DNA of 29,481 nucleotides. Source: a plasmid. The position numbers and the translations under genes were made by a program. Each line of letters opens with the position of its first letter. The first letter of the stretch is position 1. The stretch lies in the sequence record NZ_CP114643.1, one strand, 5' to 3'. Below, piece by piece: positions 26,531 to 29,481 of the stretch. Under the pieces are notes generated by a model. That model ran no database searches. It was given only the letters and a program-made list of their open reading frames with translations, and was not told the DNA's origin.

Positions 26531-26999
26531 TAATGAGCTAAAAACTATCAAAATACTTTTCAATAATTTATATTTTTGCTATAATATACTAACTATTATA
26601 ATGTTATTTAGTATCAACATTATTATTTTAATATTATCTTAAAATTTCTTTTTTTGTTACTCATAAGGGCATGCAAATGCTCTTTTGATTACTAAATATG
26701 CTTAAGCACATATCAAAACAACTTGATGCAATGATTATTTTTTGCTAAAATAATTTATCCTTAACCTATACAACCACATACCTCATACAAGAATAAATAT
26801 CCAATCTGGTTTTGGGTATCTATTCTTTTTCAAGTAAGTTATTTATTAAACTAATTAATATAATTATTAAACATTTCAAGGTGAACATAATGATTCTTTT
26901 TAATATTAATGTAAACTTAAAATTATCATTGAGGTATGTTGAGTAAAAAGATTTATAATTCTTTCTCTATAGCAATATTTCCTTCTCTATGTAATAGTT

Positions 27000-27416
27000 T
27001 CAATACTTTCTAAATATCCTCTTTGATGTAACCTGATAAGGAGTCCCTTTCTCTTTAAGCTTAAGTGAATCATATAGCACCTCAGAGTTATTAGTTGCTA
27101 TAAAGTGAGATCCAAAAGCTTTATCAAGCTTAACTTCACTCACTTCAAATTCATTTGATTTACTTACGTAATTCTTATACTCCCATCTAACATCACTCTT
27201 AATACCATAGTGCGCAAGTATCCTGCATGGGTTTAAAATAAAGCAATTACTCTTTATATATCCTAAATTAACAAATTTATTATAATTATAATTAATATCG
27301 GAAATAGTAAATTCTAAAGTCTTAAATTTACTTATATAGTAATGCAGGCATAATAAGTAACATCCAAATTTTTGTATTTCTTTCTTTAACTTTGGCTCAT
27401 TTTGTTTTATATTCAT
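27000..27416 (-). CDS. Hypothetical Cys/His-containing protein (possible Zn-binding or Cys-His hydrolase)
   Basis: 138 aa. C-x3-C-x-H (GCYLLCLHYY), then C-x6-C-x3-H (CFILNPCRILAH) and GSHF. Last gene of the exonuclease operon. Confidence 0.3.
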   Translation of the reverse strand: MNIKQNEPKLKKEIQKFGCYLLCLHYYISKFKTLEFTISDINYNYNKFVNLGYIKSNCFILNPCRILAHYGIKSDVRWEYKNYVSKSNEFEVSEVKLDKAFGSHFIATNNSEVLYDSLKLKEKGTPYQVTSKRIFRKY

Positions 27417-27460
27417 ATTTAACCCTTAACCTCCTATTTTAAATATTAATAAACATAAAT

Positions 27461-27826
27461 CTAAATAAATGGCGAGGTTATAAACTCATTATCTCCATCA
27501 ATAGCGTTAGCAAAACATTTAGCATTATCAAATAAAGACAACATCTCAGTTATAAATGAATGCATTTTAAAGTACGTGTCCACACAGATACTATTTTTAT
27601 TAATCTTGATAATTCCACATGATATGAAATCACGATGATGTTTTTTATAAACCTTTAAAAATATGTCTAGGTGCTTCATTGCATCAGTAGCAGTAAATGT
27701 TGGAAGCTCCTCTTCATTATTCCAATAAAGTCTATAATTTTTACTATATAAGACTTTTTCAAATTCTGATTTAAAACACATCATTTCATCGATAATCTGT
27801 GTCTTTGAAATAACTTTACTACTCAA
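27461..27826 (-). CDS. Hypothetical protein
   Basis: 121-aa ORF co-oriented and translationally coupled (8-nt overlap) with the upstream small membrane protein gene. Confidence 0.3.
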   Translation of the reverse strand: MSSKVISKTQIIDEMMCFKSEFEKVLYSKNYRLYWNNEEELPTFTATDAMKHLDIFLKVYKKHHRDFISCGIIKINKNSICVDTYFKMHSFITEMLSLFDNAKCFANAIDGDNEFITSPFI

Positions 27827-28046
27827 TAGATGCCTCCTTATTTTGAATTCGGGTCCTCTCCAGTTCCTTCAAATCACGTGCAAATAATTCTAAGGCCTCA
27901 AGACGTTCTTTTCTTAAGTAATACTCATAAAGAGATTTCCTTATAATCCCCTTTATGTATCTCAAACTCAACCTTAAGACCCTACATCCTATTACTAGTA
28001 ATATTACCATCAAACCACCCCAAACACTTGCAATAAGTATGTTCAT
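27819..28046 (-). CDS. Small membrane-anchored protein
   Basis: 75 aa. N-terminal TM ILIASVWGGLMVILLVIGC followed by a charged helical tail. Starts 12 nt downstream of the exonuclease gene. Confidence 0.3.
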   Translation of the reverse strand: MNILIASVWGGLMVILLVIGCRVLRLSLRYIKGIIRKSLYEYYLRKERLEALELFARDLKELERTRIQNKEASIE

Positions 28047-28057
28047 ACTCCAATCTC

Positions 28058-29401
28058 CTAACCAGCTAAAGTATCAAGAATGTAGGCATTATATGAGGAA
28101 CCCAAATTAAACCCAAGAGCATCTGTATTTATCAGATACCTAAACCTATCCTTAATAGCACGCTTGGTTGTATCTATTACAAATAGATTACCCCCAAACC
28201 TATAATTTACATGTTCACTAAATAAATTATCTTTAAACATATTATCTATGCATAATTTAAGCTTATCTTTAATAGATTTGGTTATCTTTGCAAGTTCTAA
28301 AGCATTATCTTTCTCAATTTTATTGATCTGTGCTTTCAAATAATTAATTTCAGTAAGGCTATCCTTTAAATGCTGAGTTTGTACCTCACCAATCTCAAGT
28401 TCAATAGACTCAACAAACTTCATAAATTCAACTTTGTAATCAAGTTCTGATAAATTTTTATATACACAACTATCCTCAAGCATACTTTTGATATGCTCAC
28501 TTAAAGTCTGTAAATCAATAGTTTGAATATCACCTTCAGCTCTTAAGGACTTACATATACGAACTACCTCAATATCTAATTCTTTGACAAATGACATTAC
28601 TTTACTTATAAGATCATTATTACGTATAATAACACAATTGATTGGTTCATTTCCTATAAGGAAGAATAGATTTCCTATACTTAAACCTGTGCATGCAAGT
28701 TGTAATTGTACTTGAATATAATACTTAAAGAAATACCTATTATCTAAGAAATTACCAGTCTTATTATATTCTAAAATAGCACTGCGAAGACTTAGATTGT
28801 CACTATATTTAATCTCAAGTACCTCTGCCTCTCCTTGAGCATTTACAAACCATCCATCAATTGTTAAGCCAACTAATGTACCCTCTCCATTGAACTTTTT
28901 AAAGTAGTTATACTTATCTATACCATTAGCATATTTATTCTTATGTATAACCTGGATATTATCAGAGTATATGCTAAGAAATTCATCAACTGCTAAATTT
29001 TCTAATACCTTACCTTTTCTCATGCTCAAATTATCTTCAAATGGCAATTCTTTACCTAACGATTTAAGCACCCTGGCAGTCATTAATTTTAAGGCGCTCT
29101 CTGCACCAATAAATATACTTCCTACCTCACTTGCACCCATACGCTTTAATGATTCTCTTTGAATACTAAAATCAATTTTGCTATTAAACTTAAAGAATTC
29201 ATTCTTGGAAATCTTTGGTAGTCTGCGTCCTATTCTACTTATCTTAGTTGTATTTTTGTGTGTGTTCTTAAGCTGTTCTTGACTTTGATTTACTAATTCT
29301 TCATAACCTTTAAACACTTGCTGACCATAGACACTAAGATGTCCCATCCCTACCTCTAATTTGTTATCATTTGTTTTTGTTATTTTATTTATACTTGTCA
29401 T
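28058..29401 (-). CDS. YqaJ/lambda-exonuclease-like (PD-(D/E)xK) recombination exonuclease with C-terminal extension
   Basis: Core TLVGLTIDGWFVNAQGEAEVLEIKYSDN fits the D...E-x-K catalytic signature of YqaJ-type viral recombinases. Start placed at ATG 29401 (MTSINKITKTN), which has RBS AGGAG and the conserved upstream element, rather than at the ORF-track start 29464. Confidence 0.5.
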   Translation of the reverse strand: MTSINKITKTNDNKLEVGMGHLSVYGQQVFKGYEELVNQSQEQLKNTHKNTTKISRIGRRLPKISKNEFFKFNSKIDFSIQRESLKRMGASEVGSIFIGAESALKLMTARVLKSLGKELPFEDNLSMRKGKVLENLAVDEFLSIYSDNIQVIHKNKYANGIDKYNYFKKFNGEGTLVGLTIDGWFVNAQGEAEVLEIKYSDNLSLRSAILEYNKTGNFLDNRYFFKYYIQVQLQLACTGLSIGNLFFLIGNEPINCVIIRNNDLISKVMSFVKELDIEVVRICKSLRAEGDIQTIDLQTLSEHIKSMLEDSCVYKNLSELDYKVEFMKFVESIELEIGEVQTQHLKDSLTEINYLKAQINKIEKDNALELAKITKSIKDKLKLCIDNMFKDNLFSEHVNYRFGGNLFVIDTTKRAIKDRFRYLINTDALGFNLGSSYNAYILDTLAG

Positions 29402-29408
29402 TATTAAA

Positions 29409-29429
29409 CTCCTTAGAAATAGATATCTA
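29409..29429 (-). promoter_or_regulatory. Conserved element TAGATATCTATTTCTAAGGAG (palindrome TAGATATCTA + RBS) upstream of the exonuclease gene
   Basis: Reverse complement of 29409..29429 is identical to 2937..2957. The following coding sequence (ITKTN...) also parallels the ERF-like gene. Confidence 0.5.
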
Positions 29430-29481
29430 ATAAGAAATAATATAGCAAAAATTGTTTTTGTCAAAGTTTTTGTTATATTAT

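Noticed and set aside
26430-27000. 570-bp gene-free AT-rich region scanned for small RNA, att site or tRNA
   Set aside because: No cloverleaf-like or strongly structured segment and no clear repeats identified by eye. Left as a candidate att/res location only.
28971-29162. 63-aa + strand ORF
   Set aside because: Antisense within the exonuclease gene.
29402-29464. 21-codon hydrophobic N-terminal extension of the exonuclease ORF
   Set aside because: The internal ATG at 29401 carries the RBS and conserved promoter cassette. The extension would overlap the operator-like palindrome. Kept as an open question in findings.

Overview
The window is AT-rich (about 28-30% GC) and reads as a nearly complete Borrelia cp32-like (phiBB-1-like) plasmid prophage, probably a whole ~29.5 kb circle linearised inside a duplicated promoter region. 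On the + strand (99..3957) it carries the four-gene Borrelia plasmid replication/partition locus in the order PF57/62-like, PF50-like, PF32 ParA ATPase, PF49-like, followed by an ERF-family single-strand annealing protein. A long minus-strand late operon (23163 -> 4000) follows a Mu/P2-like myovirus layout. It starts with an HTH small-terminase-like gene and a large terminase with Walker A. An inserted Bdr-like coiled-coil membrane protein then separates these from the portal candidate, scaffold-like gene, three tandem paralogs, capsid candidate, connector genes, sheath, tube, frameshift-type chaperone pair, tape measure and baseplate genes (N/P/spike/W/J/I/fibre order). The operon ends with a BlyA/BlyB-like holin region, a small lipoprotein and a bidirectional terminator. 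On the + strand after the late operon there is a 307-aa lipoprotein, a clear Mlp-family lipoprotein, an unusual ~320 bp purine-only tract and a small tyrosine recombinase. At the right end a minus-strand operon encodes a YqaJ/lambda-exonuclease-like protein plus three small unknown proteins. A conserved cassette (palindrome TAGATATCTA + RBS + MQNTN/ITKTN N-terminal codons) precedes the PF57-like, ERF and exonuclease genes, and a perfect 21-bp GC-rich palindrome lies at the ParA/PF49 junction. I saw no rRNA, tRNA or CRISPR. All functional calls come from motifs and synteny read by eye, not from database searches.
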